Origin: a virus
Reading direction: 5' to 3' (one strand)
Length of the DNA stretch: 64,000 nt
IMG/VR virus record: IMGVR_UViG_3300003309_000010
Coordinates: 20,391 to 84,390 of that record
Shown here: one piece after another, positions 9,311-18,112 of the stretch
Layout of the letters: each line of letters starts with the position of its first letter
Position numbering within the stretch: position 1 is the first letter of the stretch
Made by a program: the position numbers and the translations under genes
The notes under the pieces: generated by a model
What the model was told of the DNA's origin: nothing
Seen by the model: only the letters and a program-made list of their open reading frames with translations
Database searches by the model: none

Positions 9311-9775
9311 GTGCCTGTAACTATTAGAGATAGCGTTGTAATTGCTATAGAGGTGGCGTTGATAGCGACCTCTATATGCTTATTACGAATGTATTTACCC
9401 GAGGCGGACTCGTGGGATCAAGTAAAAGATAACGTCTTGCGATGGGTAGGGTTGGCATTCGTCATATCGCTCAGTTGTAGGACAGTAGGTAGTCTCTCCG
9501 CGCTACCCATTCGGCGCCTTAAATTCGGTATTAGAATGACACTGTCCATGGTAGCCTTGTTAGTCTTTATATTAACAACCAAGCTTATCGATGTCAACGA
9601 GTTAAATTTAACGTCAGTTGAAGGATATACTATACTTGGAGATTGGGACGTCTTTGTACTGTTCCTTTGGGGCTATTTGTTAATCGCCGAAGCGAGATTG
9701 GTTCAGCTATTGATGTTTCCGATCAAAGATAAATCAGCCCAAAAGAAAATAACCGACGGTGCTGGGGTGGTCTAA
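9311..9775 (+). CDS. Multi-pass membrane protein (about 4 TM)
   Basis: AAGGAG RBS, GTG start; hydrophobic; C-terminus LLMFPIK resembles LLYPPK of 7427..7882. Confidence 0.7.
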   Translation: MPVTIRDSVVIAIEVALIATSICLLRMYLPEADSWDQVKDNVLRWVGLAFVISLSCRTVGSLSALPIRRLKFGIRMTLSMVALLVFILTTKLIDVNELNLTSVEGYTILGDWDVFVLFLWGYLLIAEARLVQLLMFPIKDKSAQKKITDGAGVV

Positions 9776-9785
9776 CCACCCCAGC
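9761..9785 (+). terminator. Hairpin overlapping the stop of 9311..9775
   Basis: GCTGGGGTGG-tctaa-CCACCCCAGC; weak U-tract. Confidence 0.55.
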
Positions 9786-9811
9786 TAACTACAGTTTAGG
9801 GAGTAATCAAC

Positions 9812-10579
9812 GTGTTGTGTTTCTACTCATTGAAAGATAAAATTTTGCAAGTGTTGACTTGCGGTGGTATGGTTGATATACAGGTAGGTGGCGCTATTGT
9901 GGATATCGGTAATCAGCTTCGATGGCCGGAGGAAATAATAGCGATATATCTGGAAGCATCTGATGACGAGTACTGGTTCAATTCCGACTGCCAATCGATT
10001 TACGCAGGGTGTCGAGCCTATGCTCACATGAATGACGGAATTCGAGCTGAAAAAACGGTCAATAAAATCAATAAGTTGTTAGATGCATTGTCTCATGGGC
10101 TACACCTTGAAATATATCAGGGGTTGGCAACGCATATTGCGGATAGGCGGAAACACTGTCAATCGTGGAGTATTGCTGATACTCTGTTAGCCAGAAATTA
10201 CCCCCTCTTGCTTGTCAGGAGAATTAATGACGAACCCCAAGTGTGTGTTTTGAGGCTGGACGGTGCGAGTAAAGTAGAATGTCTCTCATTCACCCGAGAC
10301 CTAAGTGGCGATAAGGTCTGGGTGAATAAAGTTGATCATCTACCCGACGGCTTTTTACCTCAAACTTCCGGTAACGGTCCCAGCGGCGCGTTTGCCGAAC
10401 AGGATTGGTCTGAGTATGTTCCGTTAAATGCGGAACTCCTTCAGGAGTTCCGCGATACTATGGATAGAACAGTACATCAAGAACCGGTGTACAGTAGTGT
10501 ATCGACTGCATTCGGTTTAAAAATGTCAGACCGGCTAATGTCGGTGATGTTTGATGAAGGCGGCTACGCATCGCTTTGA
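9812..10579 (+). CDS. Hypothetical protein (255 aa)
   Basis: GGGAG RBS, GTG start. Confidence 0.7.
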   Translation: MLCFYSLKDKILQVLTCGGMVDIQVGGAIVDIGNQLRWPEEIIAIYLEASDDEYWFNSDCQSIYAGCRAYAHMNDGIRAEKTVNKINKLLDALSHGLHLEIYQGLATHIADRRKHCQSWSIADTLLARNYPLLLVRRINDEPQVCVLRLDGASKVECLSFTRDLSGDKVWVNKVDHLPDGFLPQTSGNGPSGAFAEQDWSEYVPLNAELLQEFRDTMDRTVHQEPVYSSVSTAFGLKMSDRLMSVMFDEGGYASL

Positions 10580-10599
10580 CCTTAGACCACGACTGAGAT

Positions 10600-11394
10600 T
10601 TATTTGGGTAATTGCTCCAAAACGTTTTTAAGTTTACGTTTAGGATCTAAGTAAACCTCAGTTCGTCGCCACTGACGCAGTAAGTCTCTGTAGTTTTCAG
10701 CGCTACCTGAAAACTCATCAATGATGTCTCTAATGACGCCCAACTGCACGCCTTGTGTAATAACCCCTTCGGCAACTTTAGTTCGTAGTATGGTACGGAT
10801 CAAAAGCTGACATTTTTGCAACGCTAACTCGCCGAAATTGAGGTATGCATGGGTAGGGACATGAGACAATATATTATCGACTTCAAGGTTAACCGCCGCG
10901 ACCATGGGCGGGCTGGCGTAGTTGGTCATTGGAATGTAGATAACGTTGGGTGCAATCAGTTCAACACTGGTTTCCACCGCAGTACCGTTGTTACTGTAAT
11001 AATCAACTATTTTTGCCATCTTGTTAACGATGAGCGGGGAATTATGATGGTCAATACCTTGCGTATGGTGGTTGTGAAAGTACACAGCCTCTACACCGAT
11101 GATTTCCCGATTACCGGTGTATGACAAAGGTACGTTGATTATCCACCCCCCTTCCGGTTGCTTCCTGGGTGTGAGACCTTCAAGGTTAATAAATTCGTTT
11201 TTGGACGCAATTAGCTGTACATCTCGACAAACGCTGTTTCTGAGTACATTTACCTCAATAGCGTTGTCAAGATTGGTGTGAACGGCATCTCCGAATAGAT
11301 CCAGCACTGTGTTGGGTTGGAACGCACGTTCCAAAATTAATCGAGGGATGTTGTCTTTGATGTGCCTTACAGCGTAAGATAATAACTGTTCCAT
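10600..11394 (-). CDS. Conserved phiKZ-like virion structural protein (gp32-like)
   Basis: N-terminus LSYAVRHIKDNIPRLILERAF resembles the recalled family; same strand as tube/sheath; minus-strand TTTTATG at 11420-11426. Confidence 0.6.
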   Translation of the reverse strand: MEQLLSYAVRHIKDNIPRLILERAFQPNTVLDLFGDAVHTNLDNAIEVNVLRNSVCRDVQLIASKNEFINLEGLTPRKQPEGGWIINVPLSYTGNREIIGVEAVYFHNHHTQGIDHHNSPLIVNKMAKIVDYYSNNGTAVETSVELIAPNVIYIPMTNYASPPMVAAVNLEVDNILSHVPTHAYLNFGELALQKCQLLIRTILRTKVAEGVITQGVQLGVIRDIIDEFSGSAENYRDLLRQWRRTEVYLDPKRKLKNVLEQLPK

Positions 11395-11447
11395 GCAGGG
11401 TCCTCTGTATCGGAATTAACATAAAATTTCTAAGAAGGTGATAACTA

Positions 11448-11876
11448 ATGTTTAAAATAACGCTTAAGAAAGTAATCGTGTTCCTGATTCTCGGTATCGC
11501 AGCTATTAGCTGCACATCTTACAGCATGTATAGTGTATGGAGTGAAGGTATGGATTGGTTTGCGATAACTTGCACAGGTACCATTACTTTTATGCCTTTC
11601 TTGTGTATGGCAGCATGCTACCATCGGAAAGATCTTTGGCTATTTAGGCTGGGTAGTTTAGTCTTAACGATGTTAGGGCCCATATTGTATAGTACCTTGT
11701 TTAAACAAGTTTACATCTGTTTGGCTGTTACAACATGCGATAAACTTGGTGCAGCCGGGTTTACGATTAGCGCTATTGTTGGTACGATAGCGTTGCTCGG
11801 CACGCTATCGTTTATTTACGGTATGGTCTGCGCAAAGTCAGACTTTTACGACGAGCTTGTACAATTAACTCGCTGA
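11448..11876 (+). CDS. Multi-pass membrane protein (about 4 TM)
   Basis: AAGGTG RBS; four hydrophobic, Cys-rich helices. Confidence 0.7.
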   Translation: MFKITLKKVIVFLILGIAAISCTSYSMYSVWSEGMDWFAITCTGTITFMPFLCMAACYHRKDLWLFRLGSLVLTMLGPILYSTLFKQVYICLAVTTCDKLGAAGFTISAIVGTIALLGTLSFIYGMVCAKSDFYDELVQLTR

Positions 11877-11896
11877 GGTAAAAAAAGGAGTAGAAA

Positions 11897-12427
11897 ATGA
11901 TTAAAGATTTACGTGTTTTACTGTTGGACTGCGTAAACGTTATCATCATCTGGCTAACACTTTTGGCCATTAATAACCATGTGGTTACGTTTTTAGGCAA
12001 CGATTGGATAAGTGCCGAACGCGCCGCGTTTTTGGTAGGCGCAATCACGTACGGTACACTCTTAATTTACTTAGAAATTACAGACATCCCCACTATAGTT
12101 TTGGATGTTAGAGGCAACACTAAGTTGTGGAAATTAAGAGTACAGCTTCCAAGCGGGTTTCGGTCTTTGGAGAAATTCGAAAAAACTCAAGAAATTGATC
12201 GCTTAGTCGATACTGGGTTGATATTTAATCCTAAAGCCGACTTGTATACTCACGCAACAGTAGTTACCAGACTCTTCGTTCATATTGCCGACTTTTTGAC
12301 CAAAGCTCAGAAGACATTACAGCTAACCACCGTTCAGAATGGCGTTCGTCACGAGCACAATTTCAAAATATTGGTTACCCCTAAACATCAATCTGCATTA
12401 CGATTAGACGGTGTAGATGTAAGATAG
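11897..12427 (+). CDS. Membrane-anchored protein (2 N-terminal TM)
   Basis: AAGGAG RBS. Confidence 0.7.
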   Translation: MIKDLRVLLLDCVNVIIIWLTLLAINNHVVTFLGNDWISAERAAFLVGAITYGTLLIYLEITDIPTIVLDVRGNTKLWKLRVQLPSGFRSLEKFEKTQEIDRLVDTGLIFNPKADLYTHATVVTRLFVHIADFLTKAQKTLQLTTVQNGVRHEHNFKILVTPKHQSALRLDGVDVR

Positions 12428-12438
12428 GATAATTTATT

Positions 12439-12684
12439 ATGCAATCAAAACAATCTTTTATGACCACTTGGTTAATTTTATCAGTCTCCATACTGTCCAT
12501 TTGGATATTGCTCGTATTCCTTCGATTCGGGATACCTGACGACTTCGAGTCTTTACCGTTGCAGATTGGGGGAGAATTGGACTTGTTTTTAGTTATCGCG
12601 ATTATATTGACATTCTCTGGACAAGGTATAGTAGCTAAGATAAAGCAGATATTGGCTTCCAATCGCACACGAAGTGTTGAATAA
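12439..12684 (+). CDS. Small membrane protein (2 TM)
   Basis: AGGA RBS; hydrophobic. Confidence 0.65.
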   Translation: MQSKQSFMTTWLILSVSILSIWILLVFLRFGIPDDFESLPLQIGGELDLFLVIAIILTFSGQGIVAKIKQILASNRTRSVE

Positions 12685-12704
12685 CGATTTGGAGATTCAT
12701 CGAA

Positions 12705-13118
12705 ATGGTGCTTAATATTTTAAAACTGGATGATGTAGTTTGCATCAATACTTTTGATTCGGAGACTAATTCGCCATACACATTTCTAATTCAAAACGGC
12801 GAAGTTGTGGTTCATCGGAGCATCTCTGTCCCATTCGGTCACCATCGATACGGCGTGGAGATATTAACTCGAAGCATAGAAAAAGTTAATTTCTATAGGT
12901 TGTTAGAGAAAGAAGGTACACCGGAATTGATAAACGAATTGTTAGCGTATGTTCCGGGCGAGTGGGTAACTATGCAGGTTGCGGTGTCACATCGCCAGCC
13001 GGATCGAGTTTTTCTCACTGCGAAACTCGATCCTCGAAGCTTCGCCGAAGGTGACCCCTACTGCGGACCCGAGAGATCACTTAACCCCTCTTTACTACAA
13101 GACAGATGGAGTAGATAG
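12705..13118 (+). CDS. Hypothetical protein
   Basis: GGAG RBS; in operon. Confidence 0.65.
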   Translation: MVLNILKLDDVVCINTFDSETNSPYTFLIQNGEVVVHRSISVPFGHHRYGVEILTRSIEKVNFYRLLEKEGTPELINELLAYVPGEWVTMQVAVSHRQPDRVFLTAKLDPRSFAEGDPYCGPERSLNPSLLQDRWSR

Positions 13119-13120
13119 TC

Positions 13121-13474
13121 ATGAAAAATCCAGAAAAACAAATGGACTCGACAACGGCAAGTATACTCTTAGAGAGTATAGAAAGAACGGGTGATTTAGA
13201 GGGCGGTGCAAATCTGTATAAGATGTTTTTGTCCGACGACGCATCAGGACCCACCGATGAACAAAGAACTTGGTTCGAACAAAATAGGGGGAAACGAGTC
13301 TTGGTTAAAGACACTGCAATGGTCGGTGTTGTGAGAAGTCTGAACGAAGCGACAAACGGATTATGTCCGGGTTCTAGGTACCCCATCTACATAATGATAA
13401 CACATGCGTACGATAACGGCGCTATAGGACAATCGTTCGAGTACGATATTGCGCAGTTGGAACTTATCAATTGA
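13121..13474 (+). CDS. Hypothetical protein (beta-rich C-terminal domain)
   Basis: GGAG upstream; starts 2 nt after the previous stop. Confidence 0.65.
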   Translation: MKNPEKQMDSTTASILLESIERTGDLEGGANLYKMFLSDDASGPTDEQRTWFEQNRGKRVLVKDTAMVGVVRSLNEATNGLCPGSRYPIYIMITHAYDNGAIGQSFEYDIAQLELIN

Positions 13475-13552
13475 TTTTAAATTAACCGCTTAAATGCGGT
13501 ACAACTCAACGCCGAGAAATCGGCAATTTTAACAATAGGAAATAAAGAAAAA

Positions 13553-14482
13553 ATGAAAACACTAATTATTGGTTGCGGTGGTGTAGGTAGCAAGCGTATT
13601 TACGATCTGTACAAGCGTAAAGATGAACTGGGGAAAGTCGACTTCCTCATGTTTGATACATCTGACTCGGACAGAGATGACTCTTGGGACTTCCCCGAAG
13701 ATAAAATCCTTCAAGTTCCCGGGCTGGATGGGCAGGGTAAAATCCGCAAAGACAACGCGGAGGAGTTGGTGGAGTTCGTCAACGCTAATTTCAGCACGTT
13801 ACCCGAAGCGGATCATTACATCCTTTGCTACACCACGTTCGGCGGCTCCGGTTCGGTGATGGGTCCACAACTTGCGTACAAGCTCACCGAAAAAGAGCGC
13901 AATTGCGTGTCAGTTGTTCTGGCAGATTTGTCGTCCGGTACCAACACCGAAAATACGATGAAGGTGCTTAATGGTCTGGCCAACCACGTCAAAAAGCTGG
14001 AGAAGCCTATTCATGTTGTTTATTACGAACAAGGTGAGCTCAGTATTGAGCAGGCGGACGATGCTATGATTGAAGCCATGATGGACCTCAACATGATGTC
14101 TTCATTCAGGAACATCGGATTGGACACTGCCGATCTCAAAAGCTTCTATCGATACGATCGTAAAGGTGTCGATCCAAGACTCACCCTGATTGAGCGTTTT
14201 ACCAGCATAGATGAGGTCAACGAATTGGACGGTAAGCTGCTGACGACGCTGACCATGAGCGACGATTCGCTCATTGAAACGCCGAAGGTTAACGCGCTGA
14301 TGGACATCCGAGCGACAACGCCTAAAGATCTCACCAGTGAGATACACTTTGCGACGTCCACCATTAATATGGCAGGAATCGCTAAGACAGTTAGCGATCG
14401 TTGGCAGGTGGCTCAAGATACCAAAGAATCCTTAAACACGAAGGACGTTTTTGGTAGCGGTAGCGATGGTATGGACTACTAA
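13553..14482 (+). CDS. phuZ: Phage tubulin PhuZ
   Basis: IIGCGGVGS, FDTSDSD, GQGKIRKDN, tubulin signature GGSGSV, acidic tail SDGMDY. Confidence 0.95.
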   Translation: MKTLIIGCGGVGSKRIYDLYKRKDELGKVDFLMFDTSDSDRDDSWDFPEDKILQVPGLDGQGKIRKDNAEELVEFVNANFSTLPEADHYILCYTTFGGSGSVMGPQLAYKLTEKERNCVSVVLADLSSGTNTENTMKVLNGLANHVKKLEKPIHVVYYEQGELSIEQADDAMIEAMMDLNMMSSFRNIGLDTADLKSFYRYDRKGVDPRLTLIERFTSIDEVNELDGKLLTTLTMSDDSLIETPKVNALMDIRATTPKDLTSEIHFATSTINMAGIAKTVSDRWQVAQDTKESLNTKDVFGSGSDGMDY

Positions 14483-14501
14483 ACTACAGTACCGTTAAAA
14501 G

Positions 14502-14530
14502 AGGGGTAGGTTTCGGCCTACCCCTTGTTT
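14502..14530 (+). terminator. Rho-independent terminator after phuZ
   Basis: AGGGGTAGG-tttcgg-CCTACCCCT then TGTTT. Confidence 0.8.
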
Positions 14531-14599
14531 TCTCTGTACTCAAAGCCTAATGGGTATGTCGAGTTAGTCAATTAAAACTATAACTAATCAGAGGGAAGT

Positions 14600-15337
14600 A
14601 TGGTAATTTCCAAGAAGCATGGGTTGGTGTATTTACCCAATACGGTGGACAAGAATAAATGGGCAGAATTGTTACGCATGTCCATATTGGGTGAGCTTCA
14701 CAATCGTTGTCCAGCGCCTCAGCCCGTGTATGATATTGAGTATATCCTCAGAGAAGAATTGCTACTTTGTGATGACGATCGAGATACCGCAAAGAGCATC
14801 ATTGAAAACCTACAGATGGCACTGAGACCCCTGCATGACAGACATGGCCCATGGATGCGATATAATTTAACAACTGTCAACGAGGATTTCTACGTCATCG
14901 CTGTGGGAGATCACCGCATACTCGAATGGGAAGCGGGGAGAGGTAGAAGCGATCGTTCCGTGACTGAATTTGAAGAAACCGAATTCGAAAAAGCAGTAGG
15001 AGTCTCATGGGGGGTGTGCGAACCAGCTCAAAAAGAAACGGCAACGATATCACCAAATTACGGGTTTTTCAACACGGTGGACATACGTGAACACACAGTG
15101 TTAAATGCACCTGGCCACCCAACGTTGAAACCACCCTCAGCGATGAGTCACGAGACATGGTCTACTCTACAACTATCTGGCGGTGAAACTTTGCAGGCGC
15201 AAACTGCCGTTAAAATCGTCGCTAACTGGTACGATGTCGGTATTTGTAACATGCCGGTTGAAGCGGGTACGATACTGCGGTGTTTCTGTAGAGACGAAGA
15301 TGGAGTAAGTGTAGGCTATATTAATAGAGCAGAGTAG
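14600..15337 (+). CDS. Hypothetical protein (245 aa)
   Basis: GAGGG RBS; long ORF. Confidence 0.7.
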   Translation: MVISKKHGLVYLPNTVDKNKWAELLRMSILGELHNRCPAPQPVYDIEYILREELLLCDDDRDTAKSIIENLQMALRPLHDRHGPWMRYNLTTVNEDFYVIAVGDHRILEWEAGRGRSDRSVTEFEETEFEKAVGVSWGVCEPAQKETATISPNYGFFNTVDIREHTVLNAPGHPTLKPPSAMSHETWSTLQLSGGETLQAQTAVKIVANWYDVGICNMPVEAGTILRCFCRDEDGVSVGYINRAE

Positions 15338-15338
15338 T

Positions 15339-15713
15339 ATGGAAGATATGTTCATGTTGTACCTTAACCCTAGTTTGGTTAAGGCGAAATACAATTGTTT
15401 AGTCAAAGAATCCAACCCGCCCACCGTCCCCTTGTTCTCAATGGACGATTTATGGAGTATATTTGAGTATGCGATTGAGATGATGAATCGTGTGGAAGAC
15501 AACATGTCGGAATACAGTTTCTACCAAAAGTACATTGCACCTGAATATGCTACTGAAATGGCGGAGACGTTTTGGTGTTCTTTGATAGGCGAGGCGGTGT
15601 TAGTATGGAATTGTACAATTCCGCCACCGTATAGGTTACGAACCCCGGACACCGTCAGACAAAAGGAAGGCATATTCCATCTGTATTGGTATCCTGTAGA
15701 CAACGACCGATAA
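15339..15713 (+). CDS. Hypothetical protein
   Basis: Starts 1 nt after the previous stop. Confidence 0.65.
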   Translation: MEDMFMLYLNPSLVKAKYNCLVKESNPPTVPLFSMDDLWSIFEYAIEMMNRVEDNMSEYSFYQKYIAPEYATEMAETFWCSLIGEAVLVWNCTIPPPYRLRTPDTVRQKEGIFHLYWYPVDNDR

Positions 15714-15748
15714 CATACAGGTATCGGTCATCTGTAAAGGAGGGTCAT

Positions 15749-16015
15749 ATGGTCCGAATTAAAATACAGTGTATTGAGCCAGCAGACGACAATAGTGTCT
15801 TTGCTGCATTGATGGCCGCTTACCACACCGACATGTCAGTTCATGAATTGTTGGATAAACTAACCAGTAATGATGTCTATAACCATATTGTTGGCCTTAA
15901 AATAGCGCTCGAAAAGATGGAATCGATGGACGCTGAAGCTAAAAACTTACTCATTAGGGAATTGGAAATGTCCGAAGATGGTTACTACTTAAGACTTAAG
16001 GAGAGAGAAAAATAA
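15749..16015 (+). CDS. Hypothetical protein
   Basis: AAGGAGG RBS places the start at 15749 rather than 15686. Confidence 0.65.
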   Translation: MVRIKIQCIEPADDNSVFAALMAAYHTDMSVHELLDKLTSNDVYNHIVGLKIALEKMESMDAEAKNLLIRELEMSEDGYYLRLKEREK

Positions 16016-16392
16016 TGCATCTACTAGTCCTATTAACCGACATAGACACCGACACCATCGAAAACACGCTACTGTCGTTTGCATCTGTAATCAAACCCTT
16101 ACCTGAAGATGTACCGTATTGTCTTGATGCGTTTTGTCTGACGGTGTTAAATCAAGCGGTGTTAGACATGGAAGGGTGTCTAAAAATGGCGACTGAAGAT
16201 ACCTTAACAGCGCCTTGCGGAACCAGTACCGTGGATATTAGACAGTTGGCAATCGACATTTGGCAGTCCGCTCAACGCAAAAGACTGCCAAATAGTTATG
16301 AAATTAAGGTTCTGCTATCGCCTCAACCCATGATAGCTTTACAATACAACACGGAGACTTTCCATGGTTACTACACCCGAACACGGCGATAG
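16015..16392 (+). CDS. Hypothetical protein
   Basis: TAATG coupling to the previous gene. Confidence 0.65.
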   Translation: MHLLVLLTDIDTDTIENTLLSFASVIKPLPEDVPYCLDAFCLTVLNQAVLDMEGCLKMATEDTLTAPCGTSTVDIRQLAIDIWQSAQRKRLPNSYEIKVLLSPQPMIALQYNTETFHGYYTRTRR

Positions 16393-16777
16393 ATGCGACT
16401 TCAGACTTATCCCCGCCACGATATACGGTGCGGAACAAAAGAACATGAAATTTGTCGGTACATTGGCGGCTGAAATGACAACCCACTATCAGGTAGTGGC
16501 GTCCGAGGCTCATCGCCAAGTATACCCTTACTTACCAGACACTGTACCAGACGACGAGACCGCCTACCCATGGTGGGTGTTTAAGCGTCCCTCTGGTGAC
16601 CTGTTGGTAGTAGGGATGTCGTGGATAGAAGACAACAGCCTCATCATCCACGGCGATACACAGGTGTATCGTTACACGGTAACGGGTAGTTATTCTGTGC
16701 AGACAAGAGCGCAAGCGGCGTTACGCGACGCTGGTGTTTTTAACTACACGGCCGAACGTTTAGGAGGAGACAGCTGA
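16364..16777 (+). CDS. Conserved phiKZ-like small virion protein
   Basis: HRQVYPYLPDTVPDD...W motif resembles a recalled phiKZ-family structural protein; GGAG RBS. Confidence 0.55.
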   Translation: MVTTPEHGDRCDFRLIPATIYGAEQKNMKFVGTLAAEMTTHYQVVASEAHRQVYPYLPDTVPDDETAYPWWVFKRPSGDLLVVGMSWIEDNSLIIHGDTQVYRYTVTGSYSVQTRAQAALRDAGVFNYTAERLGGDS

Positions 16778-17238
16778 TGCGTACATTGTCAGCTGGTCTC
16801 CATCTGTTCCTTGTGCTATTGATAGCCGCGCTATCAATACTGCCTGCGGTTTTCATTTTTTGTACGGTATGGAGTATTTTCTACCTTACTTACCCACTGA
16901 AGTTTAGCAGAAAAAAGCTTGAATTCTTACTGGCTTCACCGTACGACATTTGGAAGATGTTGACTAACTACTTCAGCGGGGGCGAGGCTAATAACAGCGT
17001 AACGACACGTGTTGGGTACCATCAAACAGGTTCGGATGGACAGTTAGCCAGTGCACTTAGCACCGTAATTGATCTGATATTACGAGAAGACGGTTACTGT
17101 TTCAATGCATGGATGAACAGGATACCACCACACGTTGTTATGCAACCTTTTACTTTTTTACAAAGTGGAGTAGGCGCATTGTTGTTAGTGGCGATGCACA
17201 TCGTGTTAGGCGTAGCGATACACACGCTAATGGGTTAA
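16777..17238 (+). CDS. Membrane protein
   Basis: N- and C-terminal TM segments; TGATG coupling. Confidence 0.65.
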   Translation: MRTLSAGLHLFLVLLIAALSILPAVFIFCTVWSIFYLTYPLKFSRKKLEFLLASPYDIWKMLTNYFSGGEANNSVTTRVGYHQTGSDGQLASALSTVIDLILREDGYCFNAWMNRIPPHVVMQPFTFLQSGVGALLLVAMHIVLGVAIHTLMG

Positions 17239-17240
17239 TA

Positions 17241-17264
17241 AAGGAGGGGCTTCGGCCCCTCCTT
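17241..17264. terminator. Bidirectional terminator
   Basis: AAGGAGGGGC-ttcg-GCCCCTCCTT between convergent genes. Confidence 0.85.
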
Positions 17265-17277
17265 GTTATGCCGAGGT

Positions 17278-18102
17278 TTACACCCAAGCTTTCGCTTTGT
17301 TTAGATCGGTGTTGTAACCGGCCGCAGCTGTCACTTCCGCTTGAATTTCTTTGAAATGTAGCGGACGACGACGTTGATTGATAGATTGCTGGTTTTCAGC
17401 ATCCATAATCGCTTGAGCCATTTCATACACAGGGTCACTGTCTGACCACACACCGTCAAACGTCAGCGTGTACTCTTCACCTATCCGTGCATTGGCAGGA
17501 TTACGCTCCATCAGCACTGGCGGAATATCCGTCAAACTCATGTGCGCAAACACCATCGCGTGAACAGGCTTAGTGAATGTGGCGTTTGGTTCCCACACCA
17601 TCACATCAAACGTGTTTTGGTCGTGTGCCCAGTCGGTGGGTTGCGTGTCGAACTCACCGAAGTTAGGACGCTTCAGTGTTGGATCAGCATACAACGCCTT
17701 AACAAACCAACGCCACCATCTCACGTCCACAGCGTCGTACATAGAATCCCAAGTACCCGAAGGTGTAACTTGGTTATTCTGCGTATCAGTCACAGTGTTT
17801 AATTGTTGGTTGTCGTTGCCATTAGGGGTGGCATGTTTCACAATACTGAAATCAGTCGAGAACCCGGTCCAGTTCTTACAGCGCGTTTCCACTAGCTGTT
17901 TAAGGAACCTGGTGTGTACTTCGCCATCGTTGAAATTCTGGAACGCACGCGGTGCACGCGTGAGTCGAATTTGCATCGGATTTTTGATGTACGGTGTTTG
18001 GTTATTGATATTGGCGATGTCGGTTAAGACACCGAGGTTGCCCGGTTTGGATAAATCCATTTCGCCAGTCGTTGGATTTGTGAAGTCAAAAGCGCGTGTC
18101 AT
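17278..18102 (-). CDS. Tail tube protein (phiKZ gp30-like)
   Basis: 274 aa directly downstream of the sheath; features QTPYIKN, VWEPNATF, YTLTFDG. Confidence 0.8.
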   Translation of the reverse strand: MTRAFDFTNPTTGEMDLSKPGNLGVLTDIANINNQTPYIKNPMQIRLTRAPRAFQNFNDGEVHTRFLKQLVETRCKNWTGFSTDFSIVKHATPNGNDNQQLNTVTDTQNNQVTPSGTWDSMYDAVDVRWWRWFVKALYADPTLKRPNFGEFDTQPTDWAHDQNTFDVMVWEPNATFTKPVHAMVFAHMSLTDIPPVLMERNPANARIGEEYTLTFDGVWSDSDPVYEMAQAIMDAENQQSINQRRRPLHFKEIQAEVTAAAGYNTDLNKAKAWV

Positions 18103-18112
18103 CGTTAATTAC

